Assembly: GCA_903959815.1 (NCBI GenBank)
Contig: CAJBYM010000002.1
Coordinates: 1 to 53,966, forward strand
Direction: 5' to 3'
From: Candidatus Omnitrophota bacterium
GTDB lineage: Bacteria; Omnitrophota; Gorgyraeia; Zapsychrales; Fredricksoniimonadaceae
DNA length: 53,966 bases
Under the pieces are notes generated by a model, which was not told the origin of the DNA, did no database searches, and worked only from the letters and a program-made list of their open reading frames with translations. Shown in pieces: positions 38,731 to 48,536 of this stretch (its first letter is position 1; each line of letters begins with the position of its first letter). A program made the translations under genes and the position numbers.

Positions 38731-38949
38731 GTGATCATAGAGATCAAGGTTATTCCAGGTGCGAAGAAGAACTTATTTAAGGCACAAGAAGGTGGCGTTA
38801 AGGTGTATTTGACGGCGCCTCCTGTAGATGGAAAGGCTAATGAGGCTCTGGTTGAGTTTTTGGCGCAACATTACGGGATCCGGTCATCCCGGATAGAGAT
38901 AATAAAGGGATTGAAATCACGAAATAAAGTGATTAATATAAGAGATTAA
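38731..38949 (+). CDS. DUF167/YggU family protein
   Basis: 'KVIPGAKK', 'APPVDGKAN.AL..FLA', 'G.KSRNK'. Confidence 0.92.
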   Translation: MIIEIKVIPGAKKNLFKAQEGGVKVYLTAPPVDGKANEALVEFLAQHYGIRSSRIEIIKGLKSRNKVINIRD

Positions 38950-38968
38950 AATTAATAAGGAGTCGTGT

Positions 38969-39421
38969 ATGTCACTTGAGGAAAAGATCAATAAAGATTA
39001 TATTCAGGCCATGAAGGATAGAGCCGCAGAAAAGTCAGGGGCTCTCAGTTATCTACGCGCCATGATCAAGCAGGTCAAGGTTGACAAGCGTTTGGAACAG
39101 GTCGCGGATGATGAAGTCATCGCGGTGATCAAGAAACAGATCAAACAACGTCAGGATTCCATTGAGCAGTTTGAAAAAGGAGGCCGACCTGAGCTTGCAG
39201 CTAAGGAAAAGAGTGAGATCGAGATCATGAAGGTCTATTTGCCTGCGGAAATGTCTGCGGATGAGATCAAGGTTTTGATCGAAGCGGTTGTTCAAGAAAT
39301 GGGCGTTGTGTCCATGAAAGATATGGGCACTGTCATGAAGTCTGTCCGTGAAAAGACAGGCGGTCGTGCGGATGGGAAGCTTGTCAGTGAACTCGTTAAA
39401 GAGAAGTTGGCATCCCTGTAA
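38969..39421 (+). CDS. GatB/YqeY domain protein
   Basis: 'AMKD', 'KQRQDSIEQFEKGGR.ELA.KE..E', 'YLP', 'KDMG.VM', 'GRADGK'. Confidence 0.93.
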   Translation: MSLEEKINKDYIQAMKDRAAEKSGALSYLRAMIKQVKVDKRLEQVADDEVIAVIKKQIKQRQDSIEQFEKGGRPELAAKEKSEIEIMKVYLPAEMSADEIKVLIEAVVQEMGVVSMKDMGTVMKSVREKTGGRADGKLVSELVKEKLASL

Positions 39422-39424
39422 CCC

Positions 39425-40204
39425 ATGAAAAAACGCTTGTGGTTTATTTCGATCTTGTGTTCGTTTCTTTTTGTGATTGTTATTTCGTTGGCGTTGTGGC
39501 TGCCGACGAAGTATCAGGTCCCGATCTTGATGTACCATTCGATCGCAACGGCGTGGCATGAGCCCCTTAATAATGTTAACCTAGAACATTTTAACCGGCA
39601 AATGGCGTATTTGAAACAAAAGGGCTATAAAGTTATATCATTAGTTCAGCTCGTTGATGAGATCAAGTCTGGGCGTGGGCATGATCGTAAGAGCGTGGTT
39701 ATCACATTTGATGATGGGTATGAAAATAATTATACAGCGGCTTATCCGGTTTTAAAGAAGCATGGATTTCCCGCAACGATCTTTGTTGAAGTGGCACATC
39801 TGGATCATCCGGGGCGTTTGACATGGGTTCAGGCAAAAGAGATGGATGCGGACGGTATCAGCATAGAAAGTCATGTGATGACAGGTGCGTATCTGCCGGG
39901 TTTGTCGCATGAACAGGCTTGGGGCGAGATCACGCAGAGTAAGAAGAATTTACAGATGCGCCTGGGACATCCGGTGCGCTTTTTAGCGTATCCTACGGGT
40001 GGTTTTAGTGAGGATATAAAAAAGATCGTAGCGCAAGCAGGTTATGATGCTGCTTTTGCTACGAATCGCGGGTATGACAGGGATGTCAGGGATCTTTATG
40101 AGATCAAGCGCATTCGTATGAAGAATTCAGATGATGATCCGCAGATGTGGCTCAAAGTTTCGGGTTATTATAATCTTATTAGAAAATCTAAAAATCCTTT
40201 CTAA
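39425..40204 (+). CDS. Polysaccharide deacetylase family (CE4) protein
   Basis: N-terminal anchor, 'PILMYH', 'ITFDDGY', 'AYP.G'. Confidence 0.88.
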   Translation: MKKRLWFISILCSFLFVIVISLALWLPTKYQVPILMYHSIATAWHEPLNNVNLEHFNRQMAYLKQKGYKVISLVQLVDEIKSGRGHDRKSVVITFDDGYENNYTAAYPVLKKHGFPATIFVEVAHLDHPGRLTWVQAKEMDADGISIESHVMTGAYLPGLSHEQAWGEITQSKKNLQMRLGHPVRFLAYPTGGFSEDIKKIVAQAGYDAAFATNRGYDRDVRDLYEIKRIRMKNSDDDPQMWLKVSGYYNLIRKSKNPF

Positions 40205-40213
40205 AGGAGCAGC

Positions 40214-43200
40214 ATGAAGACCAGATCTGATTATTATTTGCGCCCTGATGGCACATTTGTCATCGAAGATTATAATCGCAAGACCCCGTTCTCGAATTTT
40301 TTCCCGGGGATCGCGGGCGAGTGGGGTATTCCGATGTGGGTGTTTTATAGTAATCGCGGCCAGGGGATTTCTTCTTTCGGGATTGAGTCCAAGGATAAGG
40401 CCATTATGGAATTTCAGCCGGCCAATAAGTCCTACCGTTTGATCTCGACGCATGGTTTTCGTACATTCCTTAAAGTGAAGAAAGGCTCTGTTGAAAAGTT
40501 TTATGAGCCATTTGCTAGTCCTGTCGGATCATCATTTAAAGTCCGCCAGACGATGATGGTCACGTCCCATGATCTGACGATCGAAGAAGTTAATGTTTCG
40601 TTAGGTCTGATGGTTACGGTTAATTATTTCACGGTTCCTGATGAACCATTTGCCGGTTTTGTGCGTCGTGTCTCAGTAAAGAATATGTCGAAAGGTGCCG
40701 TTTCTTTTGAGATGATCGATGGTTTGCCGTTGATCATACCTTATGGGCAGAATGACTGGATGATGAAAAACATGTGCCGCACCATTGAAGCGTGGTATAA
40801 GGTGCGCAATCTGGATAAAAAGGCGCCCTATTTTCAACTGGATACGGAGGCAGCTGATGTGCCGCAGGTCAAGCACATCAAGGAAGGTCATTTCTATTTT
40901 GCGTTTGACCCGAAGGCCAAGCCTGGATCGTTGCTGGATGCTGTGGTTGAAGCCAAGGCTATTTTTGGTTCGTCGACTGATTTCTTGAATCCTGAACGCT
41001 TTATGACGGGGAAGAATTTTACTCTTGCGAAAGATCAGCAGACAGACAATCGTACGCCGAGCGCCATGAGTTTGTTGAAGTTTACACTTAAGGCAGGGGG
41101 TGTTAAGGACCTTGTGAGTGTGACAGGATTTTCCCGCAGTGTTCAGGAGCTTAACCGGAATGTTAAGAAGATCACGTCCAAAGGATTTATTGTCGGGAAA
41201 CATGCCCGTAATCGCGCGATCATCGAAGGCGTGAAATCTTTAGCCTTTACGCATGGGGCATGTCCGCAATTCAATGCTTATGCGGGACAGACATTTCTGG
41301 ACAATGTTTTGCGCGGAGGGCTTCCGATCAGTTTAAAGACCCATGAAGGTCCTGCGGTCTTTAATGTTTACAGCCGTAAGCATGGGGATCCAGAGCGTGA
41401 TTATAACTTCTTTAAACTTTCGCCAACGTTCCTTTCACAGGGCAATGGTAATTACCGTGATGTGAATCAGAACCGGCGCAATGATGTCTGGTTTAATCTT
41501 GACCTCAAAGAAGGTGCGGTGCTCAATTTCTTTTCGTTGACGCAGGCTGATGGGTACAACCCTCTGATCGTGTGTGGCATGGCATTTACAGCTGAAGATG
41601 GCGCAAAACTTGACGGCATCTTAAAAACGTGTGTGCGGTCAGGAGATACGTCAGAGCTGAAAGCTTTTCTTAAAAAAGGATTCATGCCCGGAGATCTTTT
41701 TAATTTTATTGCGGACCATGCGATTGAACTTAAGGTCAAGCCGCGCGAATTCCTGGCCCATATTTTGGCTGTTTGCCAGAAATTCGAGACGGCGCAGCAC
41801 GGAGAAGGTTTTTGGATCGATCATTGGGCTTATAATCTTGATCTTCTGGAAAGTTATCTTGCCCTTTATCCGGAAAATTTACGCTTGATCTTTCGGGATA
41901 ATAAAAATTTTACGTTTTATCATAATTCAGTTTATGTGCAGCCACGCGACAAGAGGTATGTTCTTACGTCACGCGGTGTGCGTCAATACCATTCGCTGCA
42001 TGAAGGTCAGGAAGATAAGGGAAAAGGGCATAAGCTGCGCGTGCGTCATGGTCAGGGTGAGGTTTACCGGACCAGCCTTCTGGTGAAGATGTTGTGTCTG
42101 ATCGCTAACAAGGCGGCGACACTTGATCCTGATGGTATTGGCATTGATATGGAGGCCAATAAACCCAGCTGGTATGATTCCCTTAATGGCTTGCCAGGAC
42201 TTTTGGGTTCTTCCATTTGCGAAACATTGGAGCTTAAGCGTTTTGCGTTGTTCACATTGAATGCTTTGGATAAGATCGGTTTGGATGGCAGTGAGAGCGT
42301 CGCGGTCTTTGATGAGCTGGCGCTGTTCATCCATGAGCTCATTGATATTTTTCAGAACGGAAGTTCAGATCTGGATCGTTGGAAGAGATCCAACACCGTT
42401 AAAGAGGATTATCGTGAGAAAGTGCGTGAAGGGATCAGTGGTGTTGAAAAAGAAATCAACTTTTCTGATATTCGCCGGTTCCTTGAGTCTGTGGTGAATA
42501 AAGTGGATAAGGCTGTTGAGAAAGCCCGGCGTAGTGATGGTCTTTTTCCGACGTATTATTATTATAAAGTCACAAAATATGAGGCAGTGGAGGGGGTTCA
42601 TCCGGCCAAGGAAGGGCCTTTTGTCCAACCTCTTGAATTTGAACGTCATGATATGCCGCTGTTCCTTGAAGGCATTGTTCATGCTTTGCGATGTGAACAG
42701 GATCCTTTACGTATCCTTGCCCTGCATCAGAAGGTCAAGAAGAGCCCGTTATTTGATAAGGCCCTTAACATGTATAAGGTCAATGTGGATATATCGACGG
42801 AGACCGAAGAGGTTGGCCGCACGCGCGTGTTTCCGCGCGGATGGCTTGAAAATGAATCGATATGGCTTCACATGGAATATAAATATCTTCTGGAGTTGCT
42901 GCGTCACGGATTACATGCGGAGTTCTACGAGGAGCTTGAAGCGTGCTGCGTTGCGTTCATGGAGCCTGAGCGTTACGGACGCAGCATCCTTGAGAATTCG
43001 TCCTTTATTGTTTCAAGCGCCCATCGGGATAAAGAATTGCATGGTCAGGGTTTTGTGGCAAGGTTGTCCGGCAGTACGGCGGAGTTTGTTCATATCTGGA
43101 TGTTCATGAATGCTGGGGTTGATCCGTTCATTGTTAATCTTAAAGGTGAATTGGAGCTGACATTTCGCCCTGTGCTTAAAAAGGAATGTTTCACATCGGA

Positions 43201-43480
43201 AAGAAAGACCGCGGAATTCTTTACGCTTGAAGGTAGGCCTGTGCGCGTTGATCTTCCTGCACATACGTATGCTTTTAATTTTATGGGACGTACGCTTGTG
43301 GTTTATCATAATGCGCAGGGCAAGGATACTTTTGGTATGGGGAAAGCTGAGGCTAGACGGATCGTGTTGCAGTATCCGGGCAAGAAGACAAAAGAGATCG
43401 TGGGCAGTGTCATACCGTCCCCGATGGCGCAGGATGTCCGAGAGGGCAAGGTTGTGCGCATAGATGTGGTGATGGCCTAA
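40214..43480 (+). CDS. Large glycoside phosphorylase, GH161-like (beta-1,3-glucan phosphorylase)
   Basis: 'PGIAG.WGIPMW.FY.NRGQ', 'RKHGD.ERDYN', 'QGNGNYRDVNQNRR', 'QADGYNPL', 'WIDHW.YNLD', 'GWLENESIWLHMEYKY', 'ARLSGSTAEF'; family assignment from recalled motifs. Confidence 0.75.
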   Translation: MKTRSDYYLRPDGTFVIEDYNRKTPFSNFFPGIAGEWGIPMWVFYSNRGQGISSFGIESKDKAIMEFQPANKSYRLISTHGFRTFLKVKKGSVEKFYEPFASPVGSSFKVRQTMMVTSHDLTIEEVNVSLGLMVTVNYFTVPDEPFAGFVRRVSVKNMSKGAVSFEMIDGLPLIIPYGQNDWMMKNMCRTIEAWYKVRNLDKKAPYFQLDTEAADVPQVKHIKEGHFYFAFDPKAKPGSLLDAVVEAKAIFGSSTDFLNPERFMTGKNFTLAKDQQTDNRTPSAMSLLKFTLKAGGVKDLVSVTGFSRSVQELNRNVKKITSKGFIVGKHARNRAIIEGVKSLAFTHGACPQFNAYAGQTFLDNVLRGGLPISLKTHEGPAVFNVYSRKHGDPERDYNFFKLSPTFLSQGNGNYRDVNQNRRNDVWFNLDLKEGAVLNFFSLTQADGYNPLIVCGMAFTAEDGAKLDGILKTCVRSGDTSELKAFLKKGFMPGDLFNFIADHAIELKVKPREFLAHILAVCQKFETAQHGEGFWIDHWAYNLDLLESYLALYPENLRLIFRDNKNFTFYHNSVYVQPRDKRYVLTSRGVRQYHSLHEGQEDKGKGHKLRVRHGQGEVYRTSLLVKMLCLIANKAATLDPDGIGIDMEANKPSWYDSLNGLPGLLGSSICETLELKRFALFTLNALDKIGLDGSESVAVFDELALFIHELIDIFQNGSSDLDRWKRSNTVKEDYREKVREGISGVEKEINFSDIRRFLESVVNKVDKAVEKARRSDGLFPTYYYYKVTKYEAVEGVHPAKEGPFVQPLEFERHDMPLFLEGIVHALRCEQDPLRILALHQKVKKSPLFDKALNMYKVNVDISTETEEVGRTRVFPRGWLENESIWLHMEYKYLLELLRHGLHAEFYEELEACCVAFMEPERYGRSILENSSFIVSSAHRDKELHGQGFVARLSGSTAEFVHIWMFMNAGVDPFIVNLKGELELTFRPVLKKECFTSERKTAEFFTLEGRPVRVDLPAHTYAFNFMGRTLVVYHNAQGKDTFGMGKAEARRIVLQYPGKKTKEIVGSVIPSPMAQDVREGKVVRIDVVMA

Positions 43481-44578
43481 ATGTCGACTGGATCGTTACA
43501 TCGAACCTCTCTTTATGATGCGCATGTTGCTTTGGGCGCAAAAATGGTGCCTTTTGCCGGATGGGACATGGCCTTGCAGTATCCTGCGGGGATTCTTAAA
43601 GAACATGAGGCCAATCGCAAGGGGTGTTCGATCTTTGATTGTTCGCACATGGGCGAGTTCTTGATTGAAGGAGACGCGGTTGCGTCGGGTCTCGATCGTA
43701 TTGTGACGCAGAGCATTGTCGACCAACCCGTTGGAACATGCCGTTATGGCATGGCGTTGAACGATGCCGGCGGCACGATCGATGATCTGATCGTTTACCG
43801 TCTTTCGTCTGAAAAGTGGATGGTGGTCGTTAATGCTTCGAATATCGATAAAGATGCCGCACATTTTCGTCGATCTTTGGCTTCCGGTGTAATGTTTAAG
43901 GATGTTTCTTTTCAGACGGCCAAGCTGGATGTGCAGGGTCCGTTATCACGTGATGTGCTCAAAGCTCTTGTTCCTGGGATCGAAAAATTGGATCATTACA
44001 CCTTCGGTATATTTTGTGTTTTAGGTGAAGATGTCATTGTTAGTCGGACCGGTTATACGGGGGAGCTGGGTTATGAGATCTATTATCCTTGGGATAAGGC
44101 GGAAAAGCTTTGGAATGTTGTGATGGATGATAAGCGTGTTTATCCGACGGGCCTCGGCGTGCGTGATGTGCTGCGCATCGAAGTGTGCTATCCTCTTTAT
44201 GGTCATGAGCTTTCTGAAGCCATTACACCTGTTGAAGCGGGTTTGAAGCGCTTTGTGGACATGAACAAAATATTTATCGGTAAGGAGGCGCTTGTTGTGC
44301 GCCAACAGGTGCCGTCACGTCGGATCATTCATTTCATTTCTGATAGTCGTCGTGCGCCGCGCCAGGGGCATCAGATCTCGCTTAACGATGGTACTGTTGT
44401 GGGCGAGGTCGTTAGCGGGACGTTTTCACCGGCTCTTGGTTTGGGTGTGGGTATAGGATTTATTAAAAAAGAGTTTACGGGCACGGTCAAAGATATTATA
44501 TTTGGGGAAGAAAAATTAAGACTGGGTGCGCAGACGGCAGCACGTCCGTTCTACAAAACCGGTTCTCTTAAGAACTAG
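43481..44578 (+). CDS. gcvT: Glycine cleavage system aminomethyltransferase T
   Basis: 'MVPFAGW', 'FD.SHMGE', 'SRTGYTGELGYE', 'GLG.RD.LR.E..YPLYGHE'. Confidence 0.96.
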   Translation: MSTGSLHRTSLYDAHVALGAKMVPFAGWDMALQYPAGILKEHEANRKGCSIFDCSHMGEFLIEGDAVASGLDRIVTQSIVDQPVGTCRYGMALNDAGGTIDDLIVYRLSSEKWMVVVNASNIDKDAAHFRRSLASGVMFKDVSFQTAKLDVQGPLSRDVLKALVPGIEKLDHYTFGIFCVLGEDVIVSRTGYTGELGYEIYYPWDKAEKLWNVVMDDKRVYPTGLGVRDVLRIEVCYPLYGHELSEAITPVEAGLKRFVDMNKIFIGKEALVVRQQVPSRRIIHFISDSRRAPRQGHQISLNDGTVVGEVVSGTFSPALGLGVGIGFIKKEFTGTVKDIIFGEEKLRLGAQTAARPFYKTGSLKN

Positions 44579-44598
44579 ACCGAAGGACGGAGAGATGT

Positions 44599-45012
44599 AT
44601 GGAGATCGTTGAGCATTACCTTTATACCAAAGAGCATGAGTGGATCAACATGGAAGACGGAACGGGAACCGTCGGTATTACGGAGTATGCGCAGAGCACA
44701 CTGGGCGATATTACTTTTGTCGAGCTTCCGAATGTTGATGCTGAAGTCGAGCAGTTTGAGCCTTTGACGTCGATCGAGTCGGTCAAATCCGCGAGTGACA
44801 TTTTTTCTCCGATGTCGGGGCGTGTTGTTGAGATCAATGATGAGCTTTCTGAGGATCCTGGCCTGATCAACCGTTCCTGTTACGACAAGGGATGGATCGC
44901 GAAGGTCGAGATCTCGGATATGGATGAATCTTCCAACCTGATGACCGCCGCAGAATATGGCAGTTATCTCGAGAGCCTTGAGCGTGAAGGTGAGGCTGAG
45001 GGCGACGAATAG
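44599..45012 (+). CDS. gcvH: Glycine cleavage system H protein
   Basis: 'YTKEHEW', 'GIT.YAQ..LGD', lipoyl-Lys 'ESVK.ASD', 'GWI'. Confidence 0.97.
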   Translation: MEIVEHYLYTKEHEWINMEDGTGTVGITEYAQSTLGDITFVELPNVDAEVEQFEPLTSIESVKSASDIFSPMSGRVVEINDELSEDPGLINRSCYDKGWIAKVEISDMDESSNLMTAAEYGSYLESLEREGEAEGDE

Positions 45013-45051
45013 TCGGTTGCCGTCAGGCTTTTCAAGAGTCAGGATCTTCCT

Positions 45052-46389
45052 TTGAATCCCTATATTGCTAATACACAGACAGATGTGCGTGCCATGCTTG
45101 ATGCCATTGGCGTTAAGAGCGTGGATGCGCTTTTTGTTGATATCAAACCCGAGCATGCGCCCAAATCGTTTGATTTGCCGCAAGGGCTTTCCGAATTCGA
45201 GGTCATGGAGCGGCTGCGTCTTCTGGCTGCTAAGAATACAGGTGCTCTTGTTCCTTTTATCGGCGGGGGTTATTACGACCATTATGTCCCTGCCGCATGT
45301 TCGGCGATCATTTCTCGCGGCGAATTCTACACTGCTTATACGCCTTATCAGCCGGAATGTGCCCAGGGTACGCTCCAGGCACTCTTTGAATATCAGAGCA
45401 GTATCTGTGCCTTGACGGGAATGGATGTGTCGAATGCTTCGCTTTACGACGGGGGGACTGCGCTGTATGAAGCCATGATGATGGCTATCCGTATCACGGG
45501 TCGCAAGAAGGTGATCATGGATGGCGGTGTGAGTCCGATCTACCGCAAGCTCATTAAGTCGTATACGCACAACTTGCATTTCGAATTCATTGAAACGCCC
45601 GTTGTCCACGGTCAGTCGGATCGTGTGGCTATGGCGAAGCTGATCGATAAAGATACGGCTGCGGTCATTGTGCAGAATCCGAATTTCTTTGGCACGATCG
45701 ATGATCATTCCGATATTGTTGAGAAAGCGCATGCGGCGGGTGTGATCGTTGTCTCGAGCGTGTATCCCGTATCTTTGGGCCTTCTGAAGACTCCGGCGGA
45801 AATGGGCGTTGATATTGTGACCGGTGAAGGTCAGTCTTTGGGTTTGCCACTTAATTTTGGCGGGCCGTATTTGGGGTTCATGGCCACACGCAAAAAGTTC
45901 ATTCGTCAGATGCCGGGGCGTATCGTCGGTGAGACGGTTGATGCAGACGGCCGCAGATGTTTTGTCAATACGCTGCAGGCGCGCGAACAACATATTCGCC
46001 GTGAAAAAGCGACGTCTAATATTTGTACGAATGTGGCGCTCTGTGCTGTTCAGGCATCTGTATTTATGTCTCTTTTGGGTCGCCAGGGTTTTCGTCAGCT
46101 CGCCCAGTTGAATCTCGATAAGGCCGAGTTCGCCCGTGAGGTGCTGGGCAAGGTCCCTGGTGTTGAAGTGAAGCGTTCATCGCCCACGTTCAATGAATTC
46201 ACCGTCCGCTTGCCGAAAGACGCCTCCGATGTCGTTGAGGCTATGATCCCGCGTGGTTTTGCGGCAGGATTTCCTTTGGGCCGTTATTATCCGGGCATGG
46301 AAAATTATCTTTTGGTTGCTGTTACGGAAAAGCGGACTCGCGCGGAGATCCTCTCCTTTGCGAAGGTTCTGGCGGAGGTTTTACGATGA
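45052..46389 (+). CDS. gcvPA: Glycine dehydrogenase subunit 1
   Basis: 'YTAYTPYQPE..QG.LQ', 'NASLYDG', 'GGPYLG', 'REQHIRREKATSNICTN'. Confidence 0.96.
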   Translation: MNPYIANTQTDVRAMLDAIGVKSVDALFVDIKPEHAPKSFDLPQGLSEFEVMERLRLLAAKNTGALVPFIGGGYYDHYVPAACSAIISRGEFYTAYTPYQPECAQGTLQALFEYQSSICALTGMDVSNASLYDGGTALYEAMMMAIRITGRKKVIMDGGVSPIYRKLIKSYTHNLHFEFIETPVVHGQSDRVAMAKLIDKDTAAVIVQNPNFFGTIDDHSDIVEKAHAAGVIVVSSVYPVSLGLLKTPAEMGVDIVTGEGQSLGLPLNFGGPYLGFMATRKKFIRQMPGRIVGETVDADGRRCFVNTLQAREQHIRREKATSNICTNVALCAVQASVFMSLLGRQGFRQLAQLNLDKAEFAREVLGKVPGVEVKRSSPTFNEFTVRLPKDASDVVEAMIPRGFAAGFPLGRYYPGMENYLLVAVTEKRTRAEILSFAKVLAEVLR

Positions 46390-47843
46390 AGCTTATTTTT
46401 GAAAAAAGCGTATCAGGCCGTCAGGGTTTCAAACTTCCTGTTTCCGATGTTCCTGTTCAAGCGAAGATCGCGGATAGATTCCTGCGCAAGGCCGAAGCTG
46501 TGCTTCCGGAAGTTTCCGAGCTCGATGTGGTGCGTCATTTTACGCAATTGTCCCAGCTTAATTTTTCTGTGGATGCGAATTTCTATCCTCTCGGTTCTTG
46601 CACCATGAAATACAATCCGAAATTTACGGAAAAAGCAGCCGGGATGCCGGGTTTTGCTGAGCTGCATCCTCTTTTGCCGCAGCTTAAGGGCGGAGACCGT
46701 TATGTGCAGGGCGCGCTTGAAGTGCTTTATGACACGGAAAAGTGGTTGTGTGAAATCACAGGCATGAAGGCTATGACCATGCAGCCTTTGGCCGGGGCTC
46801 ACGGAGAATTGACCGGGATCATGTTGCTGGCAGCTTATCATCAAGCCAAAGGGAACAAGAAGAAATATATCATCATCCCTGATTCCGCGCATGGTACTAA
46901 TCCTGCGAGTGCTGCTGTTGCGGGCTATGAGATCATTTCCGTTCCGTCGGATAAGAACGGTGGTATGGATATTGATAAATTGAAGGCTGTTCTGACGGAC
47001 GAGGTTGCGGGACTTATGATGACATGTCCGGATACGCATGGCGTGTTCAACTCACAGGTCAGTGAGATTGCGCGCCTCATCCATTCGGTCGATGGCATTA
47101 TGTATTATGATGGTGCGAATTTGAATGCCACGATGGGGCGCTGTCGTCCCGGTGATGTGGGGTTTGATGTTGTGCACCTGAATCTTCATAAAACTTTTGG
47201 AACGCCGCATGGGGGCGGGGGTCCGGGGTCGGGTCCTGTCGGCGTAGGAGAGAAGCTTGAGAAATTCCTGCCGATCTCTCGTGTGCTCAAACGCGCTGAT
47301 AATACATTTGTTCTGGATTACAATTATCCTGACTCCATAGGTTACATCGCTTCTTTTTACGGTAACTTCGCGATCATTTTGCGTGCCTACGCGTATATGC
47401 TCCTTTTGGGCGGCGATGGGCTTAAAGCGACCAGTGATCATGCGGTTTTGAATGCCAATTATATTTTAACGAGACTTAAGAAATACTATCAAGTAGCGTT
47501 CGACCGTATTTGTATGCATGATTGCCTGTTCTCGGCGTCCAAGCAGACAGAACGTGGGGTCCATGCCATTGATATTGCCAAGTTCCTCATTGATCAGCGC
47601 ATTCATCCGCCGACCGTTTATTTTCCGCTGACCGTTAAGGAGGCGATCATGATCGAGCCCACAGAGACTGAAAGTAAAGAGACAATGGATGTTTTTATTG
47701 AGGCCATGATCAAAGCAGATGAACTTTCCAAATCCGACCCGCATGTGTTTCATGCGATGCCCGTCACTATGCCTATTTCCCGTCCTGATGAAACCAAGGC
47801 TGCGCGTGAAATGAATGTTAATTTCTTTGCACCCAGGGCATGA
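46386..47843 (+). CDS. gcvPB: Glycine dehydrogenase subunit 2
   Basis: 'YPLGSCTMKYNP', 'AGAHGE', 'SAHGTNPAS', PLP-Lys 'HLNLHKTFGTPHGGGGPG', 'IEPTETE'. Confidence 0.97.
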   Translation: MKLIFEKSVSGRQGFKLPVSDVPVQAKIADRFLRKAEAVLPEVSELDVVRHFTQLSQLNFSVDANFYPLGSCTMKYNPKFTEKAAGMPGFAELHPLLPQLKGGDRYVQGALEVLYDTEKWLCEITGMKAMTMQPLAGAHGELTGIMLLAAYHQAKGNKKKYIIIPDSAHGTNPASAAVAGYEIISVPSDKNGGMDIDKLKAVLTDEVAGLMMTCPDTHGVFNSQVSEIARLIHSVDGIMYYDGANLNATMGRCRPGDVGFDVVHLNLHKTFGTPHGGGGPGSGPVGVGEKLEKFLPISRVLKRADNTFVLDYNYPDSIGYIASFYGNFAIILRAYAYMLLLGGDGLKATSDHAVLNANYILTRLKKYYQVAFDRICMHDCLFSASKQTERGVHAIDIAKFLIDQRIHPPTVYFPLTVKEAIMIEPTETESKETMDVFIEAMIKADELSKSDPHVFHAMPVTMPISRPDETKAAREMNVNFFAPRA

Positions 47844-48478
47844 AGGTCCTGGATCTTTCTTTCCCAGATCCTCAACAAAATCTAAGTTATGACGATGAAC
47901 TTCTTCTTAAGGCGGATAAGGCCGGGGGAGGGGAAGTGTTGCGTTTCTGGGAATCGCCCAAGGTCTTTGTGGTTTTGGGTCGAACCTGTGATGAATCGGG
48001 GGAGGTTTATGGAGAGGTGTGCTCTAGAGAGGGTGTTTCTGTTTTGAGGCGTTCCTCTGGAGGAGGTACGGTGGTGCAGGGTCCCGGATGTCTGAACGTT
48101 TCGTTAGTGCTTTCTAAGGCACGGCATTCTGATTTTGCAGTTATCACGCGTTCGTATGAGCACATTCTTAAGAGCGTGATAACCGTGCTGGGATCCTGCG
48201 GCATTAAAGCGGAATTCCGGCCGGTCTGTGATCTTGTCACCGCTTCGGGTGAAAAGAAGTTCTCCGGTAACGCTCAACGCCGGGGCCGAAGCCATATTCT
48301 TCATCATGGGACCATCCTTTATCATTTCGATCTTTCTTTGATCCCGCGTTATTTAAAAATGCCGCCTAAAATGCCGGATTACCGTCGTTTTCGTTCGCAT
48401 GGGGATTTTATTACGAATGTAAATCTTGATGTTCCAAGGTTTAAAAAGGCCTTGGCTTTTGCCTGGGATGCTGTTTGA
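47840..48478 (+). CDS. Lipoate--protein ligase family protein (catalytic domain only)
   Basis: 'RRSSGGGTV', 'KFSGNAQ', 'HHGT'; adjacent to gcv genes. Confidence 0.9.
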   Translation: MKVLDLSFPDPQQNLSYDDELLLKADKAGGGEVLRFWESPKVFVVLGRTCDESGEVYGEVCSREGVSVLRRSSGGGTVVQGPGCLNVSLVLSKARHSDFAVITRSYEHILKSVITVLGSCGIKAEFRPVCDLVTASGEKKFSGNAQRRGRSHILHHGTILYHFDLSLIPRYLKMPPKMPDYRRFRSHGDFITNVNLDVPRFKKALAFAWDAV

Positions 48479-48536
48479 TTTTCCATTTCTTTTTATATTA
48501 TTAATGATAGAATAACTTCCTATTAATGGAGGTTAT

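Noticed and set aside
44575-45993. 472-aa minus-strand ORF
   Set aside because: Antisense shadow of gcvH/gcvPA
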